DNA from: Nitrospinota bacterium
GTDB lineage: Bacteria; UBA8248
Reading direction: 5' to 3'
DNA: 64,000 nt
Assembly (NCBI GenBank): GCA_030754595.1
Contig: JASLZZ010000078.1
Span: forward strand, 1-64,000
A program made the position numbers and the translations under genes. The notes beneath the pieces are model-generated. The model made no database searches. It had not been told where the DNA came from and worked only from the letters and a program-made list of their open reading frames with translations. Shown here piece by piece: positions 51,770-62,282 of the stretch (positions are counted from its first letter, which is position 1; every line of letters begins with the position of its first letter).

Positions 51770-52009
51770 TTAATGGCCCGAACACATGCCTCCGCAGCAG
51801 CCTCCCCCGCCCGAGAAACCGCCGGTGTAGGAGGAGCCGGGGTTGTAGCCGCCGCTCTTCGCCGCGCCGACGCCGAAGAGGGAGAGTTTTTTGTGAACTT
51901 TCCGTGAGGCGCAATGAGGACAATCGACCGATGCGGCCGCGTCCGCCGAGGGAACCAGTTTTTCGAAATCCGTCTCGCACTCGGCGCACATGAACTCGTA
52001 CATGGGCAT
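51770..52009 (-). CDS. FmdB family zinc-ribbon protein
   Basis: MPMYEFMCAEC...CPHC, with a Gly-rich CCGGMCSGH tail; RBS AGGAG. Confidence 0.88.
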   Translation of the reverse strand: MPMYEFMCAECETDFEKLVPSADAAASVDCPHCASRKVHKKLSLFGVGAAKSGGYNPGSSYTGGFSGGGGCCGGMCSGH

Positions 52010-52099
52010 TTCGGTTCTCCTTTGGCTTTCCAATCTTCCCAATTTTCGGGTTGTTCAATTTCAATTCGCCGGTTCGTTACCTTCCGGTCCGGGGCTCCT

Positions 52100-52750
52100 T
52101 TAGGCGCCCTGCGAGGCCTTGTGCCAATCCGCCAGAAATTTCTCGAGTCCGATATCGGTCAACGGGTGCTTGAGCAACTGGGGGATCACCTTGGGCGGCA
52201 GCGTCGCCACGTGGGCGCCCATCCTGGCCGCCTCGAGGAAGTGGACCGGGTGGCGGACGCTCGCCACGAGCACCTCGGTGGCGAAATCGTAGTTATAGAA
52301 AATCTGGACGATATCGGCGACCATCTCCATCCCCGGCTGGGAGATATCGTCGAGCCGGCCCACGAACGGGCTCACGTACGAAGCGCCCGCCTTCGCGGCG
52401 AGGAGCGCCTGGGAGGGGCTGAAGATCAGGGTCACGTTGGTGTTGATGTTCTCCTCGCGGAGCTTCTTGACCGCCCGAAGGCCCTCGGGGCCGATCGGCA
52501 CCTTGATCACGACGTTATCGTGAATCGCCGCCAATTCGCGGCCCTCCTCGACCATCGGTTCCCAGGCGGTCGCAATCACCTCGGCGCTCACCGGGCCGTC
52601 CACGATTTCGCATATCTGGCGGATCCGGGAATGGATATCGGCCCCCTCCTTGGCGATCAGGGAGGGGTTCGTCGTCACCCCGTCCACCACCCCGAGCGAG
52701 GCAACCTCTTGGATTTCCTCGAGGTTCGCGCTATCGGCAAATATCTTCAT
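52100..52750 (-). CDS. tal: transaldolase (small FSA-like type)
   Basis: [31 protein letters not shown] and ASVR motifs. Confidence 0.92.
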   Translation of the reverse strand: MKIFADSANLEEIQEVASLGVVDGVTTNPSLIAKEGADIHSRIRQICEIVDGPVSAEVIATAWEPMVEEGRELAAIHDNVVIKVPIGPEGLRAVKKLREENINTNVTLIFSPSQALLAAKAGASYVSPFVGRLDDISQPGMEMVADIVQIFYNYDFATEVLVASVRHPVHFLEAARMGAHVATLPPKVIPQLLKHPLTDIGLEKFLADWHKASQGA

Positions 52751-52900
52751 GCTTTTCCCGCCTCCCGATGTTCATCGGCCGGACACCGGCGCGCGACTCT
52801 ACCTGGCGCGCGGGTGCGGGCAGTCGGCCCCGCTTATCGAGCAGGTTACGTGACAGCCCCTGAAAATTCAAATAGTAATACTTTCGCCTCCCGCCCCTGC

Positions 52901-53182
52901 CTATTCGGGCGGCCCCCCACGCACCGAGAACTCCCCGGCGCATTCTTCCCCGCAAAAGCGGTGGCGCTCGCGTCCCACCCGCCGCGGGATGCCGATCCCC
53001 GACGGAAAATAGGTCCCGCACTCCGGGCAGACGATCATCTCGTCGTCGGCGACCTCGCCCCCCCCGGAGCCATCGCCGCCCTCCTCCCCGCTCACCTGCC
53101 TCTGGATGCTTCCGAAGATGCCCTTCAGGGCGTAGAAAATCGCGTAAAAGATCGCGGCGTAAATAATTATTCGCAAGATCAT
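52901..53182 (-). CDS. small membrane-anchored PP0621/TRASH-like metal-binding protein
   Basis: N-terminal TM segment, then EM..CPECGTY.P and FC...C. Confidence 0.75.
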   Translation of the reverse strand: MILRIIIYAAIFYAIFYALKGIFGSIQRQVSGEEGGDGSGGGEVADDEMIVCPECGTYFPSGIGIPRRVGRERHRFCGEECAGEFSVRGGPPE

Positions 53183-53294
53183 TTAAACTGCCCCGTGATC
53201 GGATAGCGGCGGAGGTGACCGGCGCGCCCCTCAATTGGCGCGTCTTTGAACCGGCGCCTCCCCCAACTGGAGCCTCCCTGGACTGGAGAACCCC

Positions 53295-54041
53295 ATGCCG
53301 GACGAGCGGCCCTGGTACGAAACCGGCTTCGACGCCGACTACCCCCTCATGCAAACCTTCGAGGAGGCGATGACCGAGCTTCAGGCCTCGGCGGCCGAAT
53401 GGCTCCTCAACATGCCCCTCCGCGCCCGGATACTCGATCTGTGCTGCGGCTACGGCCGTCACAGCCAAGCCTGGCGCGAGGCCGGCCGCCGGCCGGTGGG
53501 CCTCGATTTCAGCGCCGACCTGCTGGCCCTCGCCCGCGATAGCCAGCCCGGGGGCGATTGGGTCCGGGGCGACGTCCGCCGCCTCCCCTTCCGGGCGGGG
53601 GCCTTCGACGCCGCCACCTTCATGTTCGTCTCGTTCGGCTACTTTGGCACCTCGGCCGATGACCTCGAAGCCCTGCGCGAGGCGAGGCGCGTGCTCCGCC
53701 CCGGCGGCGGCCTCTTCCTCGACATCAAACTCCCCGCCACCCTCAGGGCCGACCCGCCCCCCGACGGCCATTTGAACATCAAAGGCGCCGATGTCTTCGA
53801 GGCCAGCCGCATTGTACAGACTCCCGAGGGGGAGCGATACGAAATCCGGCGAAAGCTGCGCCGCCCGGGCGAGGCCGAGAGGAGTTTCTTCTACTCCGTC
53901 CGCCTCTACGAGCCGGACGCCCTCGCCGCCCTTTTAAAGGAGGCGGGCTTTGGCCGAATCAACCTCTATGGCGATTACGACGCCTCCCCCCTCGCGCCCA
54001 GCCGGCCCCGCCTCGTCGCCGCCGCATTCAACCCGGCCTGA
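53295..54041 (+). CDS. class I SAM-dependent methyltransferase
   Basis: ILDLCCGYGRH, G.D.S..LL, GD.R.LPF, SFGYF and LRPGG motifs. Confidence 0.92.
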   Translation: MPDERPWYETGFDADYPLMQTFEEAMTELQASAAEWLLNMPLRARILDLCCGYGRHSQAWREAGRRPVGLDFSADLLALARDSQPGGDWVRGDVRRLPFRAGAFDAATFMFVSFGYFGTSADDLEALREARRVLRPGGGLFLDIKLPATLRADPPPDGHLNIKGADVFEASRIVQTPEGERYEIRRKLRRPGEAERSFFYSVRLYEPDALAALLKEAGFGRINLYGDYDASPLAPSRPRLVAAAFNPA

Positions 54042-54116
54042 CACTCCGCGCCCGGGTGCTAAAACCCCTCCGGGGGTCGGGTACGAGAACCGCCGGGTGA
54101 CCGGGCCCAGGGGCCG

Positions 54117-54186
54117 TGGGACCCATGGGACACGGAGAAACCTGGCGGATGGGACCCATGGGATACGGGGAACCCTGTGGGTTCCC
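54117..54186. repeat. 33-bp-period direct repeat plus hairpin between convergent genes
   Basis: TGGGACCCATGGGAYACGGRGAAMCCTG at 54117 and 54150 (25/28 identical); GGGAACCC-TGT-GGGTTCCC hairpin. Confidence 0.75.
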
Positions 54187-54188
54187 AC

Positions 54189-54683
54189 CTAGCGGAAGGT
54201 CCGTCCCCGGTGGCGGATCCACCCGCCCGGAAGTTTCCGGGCCGGGTCCAGGTGGGTCCAGTGAATCAGCCCCCCCTTGGAGTTCCACTCGTAGCGCCCC
54301 CTCACCTCCACCGGCTCCCCCCGCCGCAGCGGTACACGCGGGGCGAGGTCGATGTTGTGGCTGACGAGGAGGGTCTGACCGTTCGACAGGCGGATGATGA
54401 ACCGCTGGTGGCGGCTTTCCTCGAGATCGTCCGGGAGAATCCGAATCACCTCCCCGCCCGCCCGGAGCCATACCCCGGAGCGCCTGGCCTCGAAAGCCCG
54501 GCCCGCCTCGACCGAAGATACCCGGGCCGGATCGGTCTCGACCGGAGCGGGCTGGGCCAAAGAGGTCCGGGCCGGGGCGAGCTCCCAGAGACCGGCGGCA
54601 AGAACTCCGGCGGTCAGAAGCCCGGCGGCCGGGAGGAGACCAACCCGCCAAACGCTCCGCCGCGACTGGTCCATCAACCGCAT
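54189..54683 (-). CDS. DUF3465 domain protein
   Basis: L.DD...SRHQRFI, HNIDLAPRV, G.YEWN.KGG.IHWTH.DP and GW motifs. Confidence 0.85.
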   Translation of the reverse strand: MRLMDQSRRSVWRVGLLPAAGLLTAGVLAAGLWELAPARTSLAQPAPVETDPARVSSVEAGRAFEARRSGVWLRAGGEVIRILPDDLEESRHQRFIIRLSNGQTLLVSHNIDLAPRVPLRRGEPVEVRGRYEWNSKGGLIHWTHLDPARKLPGGWIRHRGRTFR

Positions 54684-54768
54684 GATCGCTCCATCAAGAG
54701 GTCCCTAGCGGGACCCACACGAGGCGGCCTGTGACCCATTCGGTGAGACGGCCCTAGGAGCCGTCTCA

Positions 54769-57700
54769 CTATCCGGAATGGTAGTCCTGGAGCGAGCGGA
54801 CCGGCGTTCCGCCCTCGCGCAGAGAGCGCATCGCCCCCGCCGCGGCCTGGCCCGCCGCAATCGTCGTGCAATAGAAAATGTTCCGGAGGAGGGCGGTCCG
54901 GCGGATCGAATAGCTGTCCCGCCGGGACTGTTTCCCGGCGGTCGTGTTGAGGACGAAATCGATCTCTCCGCCCTCCATGCGGTCCACGATGTGAGGCCGT
55001 TCGCCGTCAATCACTTTATGGACCAGTGAGGCCGAGATGCCGTTTTGTACGAGGGCCGCCCGCGTCCCCTCGGTCGCCACGATCTCGAAGCCCATCCCGG
55101 CCAGCGCCCGCGCGATGGGGAGCATCGCCCCCTTGTCCTCGTCGCGCACCGAGACGAACGCCCTCCCGCCGGTGGGTACCACCTCTCCGGCCCCCTGCTG
55201 TGCCTTGAGGAAGGCCGTCGGGAAGTCCGGGGCCATCCCCATCACCTCGCCCGTCGATTTCATTTCGGGGCCGAGGAGAACGTCCACCCCGGGAAACTTC
55301 TTGAAGGGGAAAACCGCCTCCTTCACCCCGAAGTGGCGGAGGGACGCATCCTCCCGTACCCCCAGATCGGCCAACCGCTCCCCGGCCATCACCCGTGCCG
55401 CCACTTTGGCGAAGGGGATTCCGACCACCTTGCTCACGTAGGGCACCGTCCGGCTCGCCCGAGGGTTCACCTCGATGACATAGGCGCGGCCGTTATGGAT
55501 TGCGAATTGTACATTCATAAGCCCTTTAACTTCAATCTTTTCCGCAAGAATTCTCGTCTGTCGCTTTAGCTCATCGACAATCTCCCCGGAGAGCGAATAG
55601 GGCGGAAGCGAGCAGGCCGAGTCCCCGCTGTGGACCCCCGCCTCCTCGATGTGCTCCATCACCCCGGCGATGATCACCCGCTCCCCGTCGGCCACGGCGT
55701 CCACGTCCACCTCGATCGCCCCGTCGAGGAAGCGGTCGATCAGCACAGGGCGTTCGGCCGAGGCCCGCACCGCTTCTCTCATATAGGTCTCCAGATCGTC
55801 CGCATCGAAGACGATCTGCATCGCCCGCCCGCCGAGGACATAGCTCGGCCGCACCAGCACCGGATATCCAATGGACTCGGCGATCTCGAGGGCCGAGGGA
55901 GTGTCGGTCGCCGTCCCCGAGGGCGGCTGGGCCAACCCCAGCTCCTCGATCAAACGGCTGAACTGCTCGCGGTCCTCGGTCAGGTCGATGCTCTGGGGCG
56001 AGGTGCCCAGGATCGGCACCCCGGCCTCCTGGAGCCCGAGGGCGAGCTTGAGCGGGGTCTGTCCCCCGAACTGGACGATCACCCCCTTGGGCCGCTCGCG
56101 GGAAATGATCTCCAATGTATCCTCGAGCGTCAGCGGCTCGAAGTAGAGGCGGTCGCTCGTGTCGTAGTCCGTGCTCACCGTCTCGGGGTTGCAGTTCACC
56201 ATGATGGACTCATAGCCAGCCGTGGATAGCGCCATCACCCCGTGGACGCAGCAATAGTCGAACTCGATTCCCTGTCCGATGCGGTTCGGACCCCCGCCGA
56301 GGATGATCACCTTCTCCTTGCCGGTGGGCGGGGCCTCGTCCTCCTGCTCGTAGGTCGAGTAGAGGTAGGGCGTGTGGGCCTCGAACTCGGCCGCACAGGT
56401 GTCCACCTGCTTGAAAACCGGCCGCACCGCCATGCGCCACCTCGCCTCGCGCACCGCTCTCTCGGTGGTCCCCGGGGCGGCGGCCTCCTGAGCGGCGGCG
56501 ATCTCGCGGTCCGAGAATCCGTTTTCTTTTAAAAGGCGCATCCGCTCCCGGTTTTTCAGCAGATCGGGCGCCCCCGTCTCGGCCTCGAGGGCGATCAACT
56601 CCTCAATATGCGCGAGGAACCAGGGATCGATCTTCGATGCCTCATGAATTCTCCCGCGCGGCCAACCCTCCCGGATCGCCCGGGCCACCTGCCATATCCG
56701 GTCCGGCCCCGGAACGCGGAGGGCCTCCTCGAGCGCGGCCTCCCGCTCCCCCTCCCCCATCGCGGCCCAGGCGGCGGGCTCAGGATCCGCGAGTCCGTAG
56801 CGGTCGATCTCGAGCGAGCGCAGCGCCTTCATCAGCGACTCCCGGAAGGTGCGCCCGATGGACATCACCTCGCCCACGGATCTCATCTGGGTGTCGAGGA
56901 CGGCGGGCGTCTCGGGAAACTTCTCGAAGGTGAATCGCGGGAACTTGGTGACCACGTAGTCAATCGCGGGCTCGAATGAGGCCGGCGTCTTCCGGGTGAT
57001 GTCGTTGGGAATTTCGTCGAGGGTGAGCCCGACGGCGAGCTTGGCCGCGATCTTCGCTATCGGAAAACCCGTCGCCTTGCTGGCGAGCGCCGAGCTGCGC
57101 GAGACCCTCGGGTTCATCTCGATGACGATCATCCGCCCGTCCCTCGGGTCCAGGGCGAACTGGATGTTCGAGCCGCCGCACTCGACCCCGATCTTGCGGA
57201 TAATCGCCACCGCCGCGTCGCGCATCGCCTGATACTCGACGTCAGAGAGCGTCTGGGCCGGGGCAACCGTGATCGAGTCGCCGGTGTGGACCCCCATCGG
57301 ATCAAAATTCTCTATCGAGCAGATTATCGAGCAGTTGTCGGCCAGATCGCGCATGACCTCGAGCTCGAACTCCTTCCAGCCCAGCGCGCTCTCCTCTAAC
57401 AGCACCTGGCTCGTCGGGCTCTCCGAGAGCGCCCACGCGAGGAGACCCTCGAACTCCGCCTCCCGCCAGGCGACCGCCCCCCCGCTACCGCCCAGCGTGA
57501 ACGCGGGCCTGAGGATCATCGGAAAACCGACGTCCGCCGCCGCCCGGCGGCCCTCCTCGACCGAATTGACGGTCCGGCTCCTCGGGACGTTGAGCCCGAT
57601 CTCCCCCATCGCCTTCTTGAAAAGCTCGCGGTCCTCGGCGCACCGGATCGCCGGGAGCTTCGCCCCGATGAGCTCGACGCCCAGCCGGTCGAGCTCCCCG

Positions 57701-58014
57701 CTTTCGGCGAGCTCGACCGCCGTATTGAGGCCCGTCTGCCCGCCCATCGTGGGCAGCAGGGCGTCGGGCCGCTCCTTTTCGAGAATCTTCCCGGCCACCT
57801 CGGCCGTCACCGGCTCGACGTAGGTCGCGCCGGCCGTCTCGGGGTCCGTCATGATCGTCGCCGGGTTCGAATTGACCAGGACGACCTCGTAGCCCTCCTC
57901 CCGGAGCGCCTTGCAGGCCTGGGTCCCCGAGTAGTCGAACTCGCACGCCTGCCCGATGACGATCGGACCCGCCCCGATGACCATGATTTTCCGGATGTCC
58001 GCTCGTTTCGGCAT
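54769..58014 (-). CDS. carB: carbamoyl-phosphate synthase large subunit
   Basis: [16 protein letters not shown], duplicated ATP-grasp domains and an MGS domain. Confidence 0.98.
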   Translation of the reverse strand: MPKRADIRKIMVIGAGPIVIGQACEFDYSGTQACKALREEGYEVVLVNSNPATIMTDPETAGATYVEPVTAEVAGKILEKERPDALLPTMGGQTGLNTAVELAESGELDRLGVELIGAKLPAIRCAEDRELFKKAMGEIGLNVPRSRTVNSVEEGRRAAADVGFPMILRPAFTLGGSGGAVAWREAEFEGLLAWALSESPTSQVLLEESALGWKEFELEVMRDLADNCSIICSIENFDPMGVHTGDSITVAPAQTLSDVEYQAMRDAAVAIIRKIGVECGGSNIQFALDPRDGRMIVIEMNPRVSRSSALASKATGFPIAKIAAKLAVGLTLDEIPNDITRKTPASFEPAIDYVVTKFPRFTFEKFPETPAVLDTQMRSVGEVMSIGRTFRESLMKALRSLEIDRYGLADPEPAAWAAMGEGEREAALEEALRVPGPDRIWQVARAIREGWPRGRIHEASKIDPWFLAHIEELIALEAETGAPDLLKNRERMRLLKENGFSDREIAAAQEAAAPGTTERAVREARWRMAVRPVFKQVDTCAAEFEAHTPYLYSTYEQEDEAPPTGKEKVIILGGGPNRIGQGIEFDYCCVHGVMALSTAGYESIMVNCNPETVSTDYDTSDRLYFEPLTLEDTLEIISRERPKGVIVQFGGQTPLKLALGLQEAGVPILGTSPQSIDLTEDREQFSRLIEELGLAQPPSGTATDTPSALEIAESIGYPVLVRPSYVLGGRAMQIVFDADDLETYMREAVRASAERPVLIDRFLDGAIEVDVDAVADGERVIIAGVMEHIEEAGVHSGDSACSLPPYSLSGEIVDELKRQTRILAEKIEVKGLMNVQFAIHNGRAYVIEVNPRASRTVPYVSKVVGIPFAKVAARVMAGERLADLGVREDASLRHFGVKEAVFPFKKFPGVDVLLGPEMKSTGEVMGMAPDFPTAFLKAQQGAGEVVPTGGRAFVSVRDEDKGAMLPIARALAGMGFEIVATEGTRAALVQNGISASLVHKVIDGERPHIVDRMEGGEIDFVLNTTAGKQSRRDSYSIRRTALLRNIFYCTTIAAGQAAAGAMRSLREGGTPVRSLQDYHSG

Positions 58015-58101
58015 TCCTGTCGTTTTCTCCGCCCGTCTCGGGTCTCAGATTCCAGTTGCGGTCTCAAGCCGCGATCTGGGCCCCAATCTCAGGCCCCGGC
58101 T

Positions 58102-59391
58102 TCAAGCTGCGGCCTCAGCTTTCAATAGATGAAACTCCCGCCGCGCGATGTGACGCTTCAGGGAATAAAGGATTAAGAGATTGATCGTCCCGGCCGCCAC
58201 CGAATTCGCGAAAGAAACCGTGTAGGCGCCCGTCACGTCGAAAAAGAAACCCGTCTGCCATCCGCCGAGCCCCATTCCGAGCCAGCCGCAGAAGAAAACG
58301 ACGCCCGTCGAGACACCCCGCCGCTCGATGGGAACGAACTCCCTCACGCAGATGACGAGACAGATCATCAGACCGCTGTAGAAGAGCCCGTAGACGAGGC
58401 CGAGCGAATAAAAGCCGGCGAGCGAGCTCAATCGCGTGAACCAGAAGACGAGAAGAATCTGCATCGCCGATGAAACCATGTAGGCCCTGAGCCCGCCGAT
58501 GATGTCGGCGAGCCGCCCGTAGCCGATCCGCCCGATAAAACTGCCTATCGAGATGAGGAGTAAAATCCCCGCCGCCTCCTGGGCGCCGAGGCCCCGGTCC
58601 TGGGCCAGCGACACCACATGGAGGAGAGGGGTCGCCATCGCCGTGCAACAAAAAACCGCCGCCAAGCCGACCCAGAAAGTAGCGAGCCAGGGGTCGAGGA
58701 GAGGGCCCCTCTCCGGCGCGGCGGCGCCCGGCGCTGCGGCGCCCGGTTCCGGACCGACCTCTTCCGCACCGCCCCGGGGGGCGCCGCCCTCGTGGGCCCC
58801 CGCCCCCATGGGCGCCCTTCTGATCAAGAGCGCCAGCGGAACCATCGCCGCCAGCACGAATATCCCCAGCGCCGAGTAGGCGCCGCGCCAGCCGAACCGG
58901 GTGATCAGGTAACCGGCGGCGAAGGGAACAACCCCGTTCCCGAGCCCGCCCCAGGCCGAGGCGGCCCCGATGGCGAGGCCTTTGTTCCTGGTGAACCAGT
59001 TGCCCACGCTCGACAGCAGCGGGGCCTGGAAAGCCGAGATCCCAAGGCCCATCAGCGCCGAGAGCACATAAAACTGCCCTATCCCCCCCTGCCGGGCGAG
59101 CATCAGGAAGGCCCCCCCCAGCACCACGGCCCCCGCCACCACCACCGGGCGGGCCGAATAGCGGTCCGAGAGATGGCCCATCAGGATCCCTCCCCCGCCC
59201 AGGACGAGCGCGGCGGTCAGGTAGGCGAAAGAGGTCTCCCCCCGGAGCCACCTCATCTCGGCGGTGAGCGGCTTCATGAACACCGCGAGCGCGGACATCG
59301 ATCCCACCGAAATCATCATGAAGGTTCCGGCCACCGCCACCATCACCCAGCCCCAGCGGGCCTCGGGCGCCCGCGCGTCAGATTGGCTCAA
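58102..59391 (-). CDS. MFS transporter (MCT/OFA-like)
   Basis: WGW.MV, G.LSDRY, WF...KGLA.G and GR...G.LAD motifs; about 12 TM segments. Confidence 0.88.
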   Translation of the reverse strand: MSQSDARAPEARWGWVMVAVAGTFMMISVGSMSALAVFMKPLTAEMRWLRGETSFAYLTAALVLGGGGILMGHLSDRYSARPVVVAGAVVLGGAFLMLARQGGIGQFYVLSALMGLGISAFQAPLLSSVGNWFTRNKGLAIGAASAWGGLGNGVVPFAAGYLITRFGWRGAYSALGIFVLAAMVPLALLIRRAPMGAGAHEGGAPRGGAEEVGPEPGAAAPGAAAPERGPLLDPWLATFWVGLAAVFCCTAMATPLLHVVSLAQDRGLGAQEAAGILLLISIGSFIGRIGYGRLADIIGGLRAYMVSSAMQILLVFWFTRLSSLAGFYSLGLVYGLFYSGLMICLVICVREFVPIERRGVSTGVVFFCGWLGMGLGGWQTGFFFDVTGAYTVSFANSVAAGTINLLILYSLKRHIARREFHLLKAEAAA

Positions 59392-59459
59392 AATTTTTTC
59401 CCGTCTTTCAGGTTATCTCGTGTCTTCAAGTTCTCTACCGCCCACAAAAAAATCTTCCC

Positions 59460-59666
59460 TCACCCCATCAAAATCCGCCGGGTGCTCGGAATCGAGATCG
59501 CGAACGAAACGGCGACCAGCCACCAGCCCGCCCGCGTCCAGTCGCCGCCCGCGTAGCCCGCGATCAGGAACCCGAGCCCCATCCCGCCCAGGGACTTCGC
59601 CAGGACGTGGGTGTAGAGCAGCGGCACCGGCAGCGTCCTGAATCTTCGAATCCACTTGGCCATCAT
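59460..59666 (-). CDS. small two-TM hypothetical protein
   Basis: 68 aa with two hydrophobic segments, a GGAG-containing RBS and GC-rich codon usage. Confidence 0.6.
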   Translation of the reverse strand: MMAKWIRRFRTLPVPLLYTHVLAKSLGGMGLGFLIAGYAGGDWTRAGWWLVAVSFAISIPSTRRILMG

Positions 59667-59710
59667 CCCTCACTCCCCCCTGATAGCGGCTCGGCGGCTG
59701 TGAATTAGTT

Positions 59711-59788
59711 TGTCACTCTGAGCGCAGCGAAGAGTCTTCGAGCGCCCTTGAAGATTCTTCACTCCGTTCCGCTTCGTTCAGAATGACA
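59711..59788. repeat. REP-like long palindromic element (TGTCA...TGACA type)
   Basis: TGTCACTCTGAGCGCAGCGAAGAGTCTTC...GAAGATTCTTC...GCTTCGTTCAGAATGACA inverted repeat. Confidence 0.8.
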
Positions 59789-59820
59789 GCAAGGGCGAAA
59801 TAATCTTATTGATTCATCCC

Positions 59821-60927
59821 CTACCCCACACAAAACCCGTAAAACTCATCAAACAATTCCCTCGCGTCGTGCGGACCCGGACAGGCTTCGGGGTGGTACT
59901 GGACGCTGAACACTTTGGGGTCATTGGAGCGAAGGCCCTCGCAGGTGTGATCGTTAAGGGAGGCGTGCGTGACGGCGACACCTTCGGGAAGCGAGGCAGG
60001 GTCGAGGGCGAAGCTGTGGTTTTGAGAGGTGATGGCGACGCGCCGCGTCTCGGCGTCCTGGACGGGGTGGTTCGCGCCGTGGTGGCCGAATTTCAGCTTG
60101 AAAGTCTTGCCGCCCAGCGCCTGCCCCAGTATCTGGTGGCCCAGACAAATCCCGGTGACGGGGACCCGGCCCAGGAGTTTTTTGACATTTTCGACGATGT
60201 AGCCGAGCGCCGCCGGATCGCCGGGGCCGTTCGAGAGGAATACGGCCCGTGGACCGCGGGCGAGAACGCTCTCGGCGCTCTCCGAGGCGGGGACGATCTC
60301 GAGGTCGAAGCGCTCCGCGAGTTGCTCGAAAATATTGCGCTTCGCCCCCAGGTCGTAGGCCACGCAGAGGGGCCGGCCCTTTTTTTCCCAAAATGTGTGC
60401 GCGGCCCCGCAGGTCACGTCCCGGACCAGATCGCGCCCGTCGAGCCCCGGGCTCGCCTTCGCACGGGCGACCAGCGCGGCCTCGTCTTCACCGCAAGATG
60501 ACAACACCGCCTTGAGCGCCCCGGCCTCGCGGATATGGCGCGTCAGCGCGCGGGTGTCGATGCCCTCGACGCAGGGCACCCCCCGCTCCTTCAGATAGCT
60601 GTCCAGGTCCCCCCCGGCCCGGTGGTTCGAGTAGTCGCGGCAGAGTTCCTTGACGATGAACGCCTCGGCCCAGGCCCCCCGCGACTCCTCGTCGGCCGGG
60701 GTGACGCCGTAGTTGCCGATGTGGGGGTAGGTCATGATCACCATCTGGCCCCGGTAGGAGGGGTCGGTGATGATCTCCTGATAGCCCGTCATGGCGGTGT
60801 TGAAGACGAGCTCGCCTTCCGCCATTTCTCCAACCCCGCCGGCACGCTTTCCGCAAGAGCCGAAGGCGCGGCCCCTGAAGATTCGCCCGTCTTCAAGGGC
60901 CAGGACTGCGGGCCGGATATCCCTCAA
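59821..60927 (-). CDS. carA: carbamoyl-phosphate synthase small subunit
   Basis: FNT.MTGYQE..TDPSY, LSNGPGDP, GICLGHQ and QYHPE..PGP motifs. Confidence 0.97.
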   Translation of the reverse strand: MRDIRPAVLALEDGRIFRGRAFGSCGKRAGGVGEMAEGELVFNTAMTGYQEIITDPSYRGQMVIMTYPHIGNYGVTPADEESRGAWAEAFIVKELCRDYSNHRAGGDLDSYLKERGVPCVEGIDTRALTRHIREAGALKAVLSSCGEDEAALVARAKASPGLDGRDLVRDVTCGAAHTFWEKKGRPLCVAYDLGAKRNIFEQLAERFDLEIVPASESAESVLARGPRAVFLSNGPGDPAALGYIVENVKKLLGRVPVTGICLGHQILGQALGGKTFKLKFGHHGANHPVQDAETRRVAITSQNHSFALDPASLPEGVAVTHASLNDHTCEGLRSNDPKVFSVQYHPEACPGPHDARELFDEFYGFCVG

Positions 60928-62282
60928 TTCATCTCCCCCGCCCCGGCGCCCTCTCTGACGCCGGCGTCGGCCGGGAAGCCGGCGTCGATCACCGTCTCCC
61001 CTGAAATCCGGTTCATGACGACCTTCCCACCGACAATGGCTGCGGCAGCGCGGCCCCTGAGCTTCATCCCGCCGAAGGGGGTGTTCCGCCCCCGGCTCTC
61101 GAACGCCTCGGGCACGACTTCGTACTCCCGTTCGGGGTCGAGGATCGTCACATCACCCGGCGCGCCCACCCGGAGCGAGCCGCCCGCCAGCCCGAGGATT
61201 TTCGCCGGGCCCGCCGTGAATTTCGAGATCATCTGGGCGAGCGTCAGTGATCCACTGTGGACCAGCCGGTCGAGGGCGAGGGAGACCGCCGTCTCGAGCC
61301 CGACGACCCCGAAGGGAAGGGCGTCGAACTCGACTTGGAGCTCGGCCTCGTAGTGCGGGGCGTGGTCCGAGGCGATGGCCTCGATTGTGCCGTCCTTGAG
61401 GCCCGCGATGAGGGCCTGGCGGTCGGCCTCGGAGCGCAGGGGCGGGGCCATCTTGGCGGCCGAGTTGAAGCCTTGAATCTCCTCGTCGGTGAGGGTAAAA
61501 TGATGAGGCGTTACTTCACATGTAACCCCTATCTCTTTGTTTTTAGCCTCTCTAATCAGGTCGACCGCCCCCCCCGATGTGATGTGCAATATGTGGAGCC
61601 GCGAGCCAGTGAGGGCGGCGAGGCGGATGTCCCTGTAGACGCAAATATCCTCGCTGGCGGCGGGATTCGCATCCAGGCCCAGCGCCGTCGATATCGCCCC
61701 CTCGTTCATCACCCGCCCGCCCGAGAGGCTCATGTCCTCGGCGTGATCGAGGATGGGCACCCCCAGCATGCCGGCGTACTCGAGGGCCGATCGCATGAGC
61801 TGGGCCGTCCTGACCGGCGCCCCGTCGTCCGAGAAGGCGACGCAGCCCGCCGCCCTCTGGTCGGCCATCTCGGTGAGCCGCTCCCCCCGGCGCCCGGCCG
61901 AGACCGCCCCGATCGGATGGACCCGGCAGGCCGCCGCCTCGCGGGCGCGCTTTAAAATGCGCTCGGTTATCGAGCTCGAATCGTTCACCGGGTCGGTGTT
62001 CGCCATGCAGGCGACCGCAGTGAAGCCGCCCGCCGCCGCGGCGCGCGTCCCGCTCTCGGTGTCCTCTTTATATTCCTCGCCCGGCTCGCGCAGGTGAACG
62101 TGCATGTCGATGAACCCCGGCGCCGCGACGAGCCCGCCGGCATCGAGCACATCGTCGCCCCCTCTCGGGGGGATATCGCGGTCCACGCGGGCCACCCGCC
62201 CGCCCTCGATCAGGAGGTCGAAGGCGCCGTCCACCCCCTCGGCCGGGTCGATGAGGCGCGAGCCCTTAATGAGCAACGGCAT
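60924..62282 (-). CDS. pyrC: dihydroorotase
   Basis: [24 protein letters not shown] and SDHAPH motifs; ATG at 62282. Confidence 0.95.
   Translation of the reverse strand: MPLLIKGSRLIDPAEGVDGAFDLLIEGGRVARVDRDIPPRGGDDVLDAGGLVAAPGFIDMHVHLREPGEEYKEDTESGTRAAAAGGFTAVACMANTDPVNDSSSITERILKRAREAAACRVHPIGAVSAGRRGERLTEMADQRAAGCVAFSDDGAPVRTAQLMRSALEYAGMLGVPILDHAEDMSLSGGRVMNEGAISTALGLDANPAASEDICVYRDIRLAALTGSRLHILHITSGGAVDLIREAKNKEIGVTCEVTPHHFTLTDEEIQGFNSAAKMAPPLRSEADRQALIAGLKDGTIEAIASDHAPHYEAELQVEFDALPFGVVGLETAVSLALDRLVHSGSLTLAQMISKFTAGPAKILGLAGGSLRVGAPGDVTILDPEREYEVVPEAFESRGRNTPFGGMKLRGRAAAAIVGGKVVMNRISGETVIDAGFPADAGVREGAGAGEMN

Noticed and set aside
49760..51907. 715-aa plus-strand ORF
   Set aside because: Antisense shadow of gdhA and the ABC ATPase in high-GC DNA; no recognisable motifs.
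53236..53250. sigma54 promoter TGGCGCGTCTTTGAA
   Set aside because: The -12 element is GA rather than GC, and there is no other support.
54117..54177. possible mini-CRISPR
   Set aside because: Only two units with a 5-nt gap; no spacer-length intervals and no cas genes.
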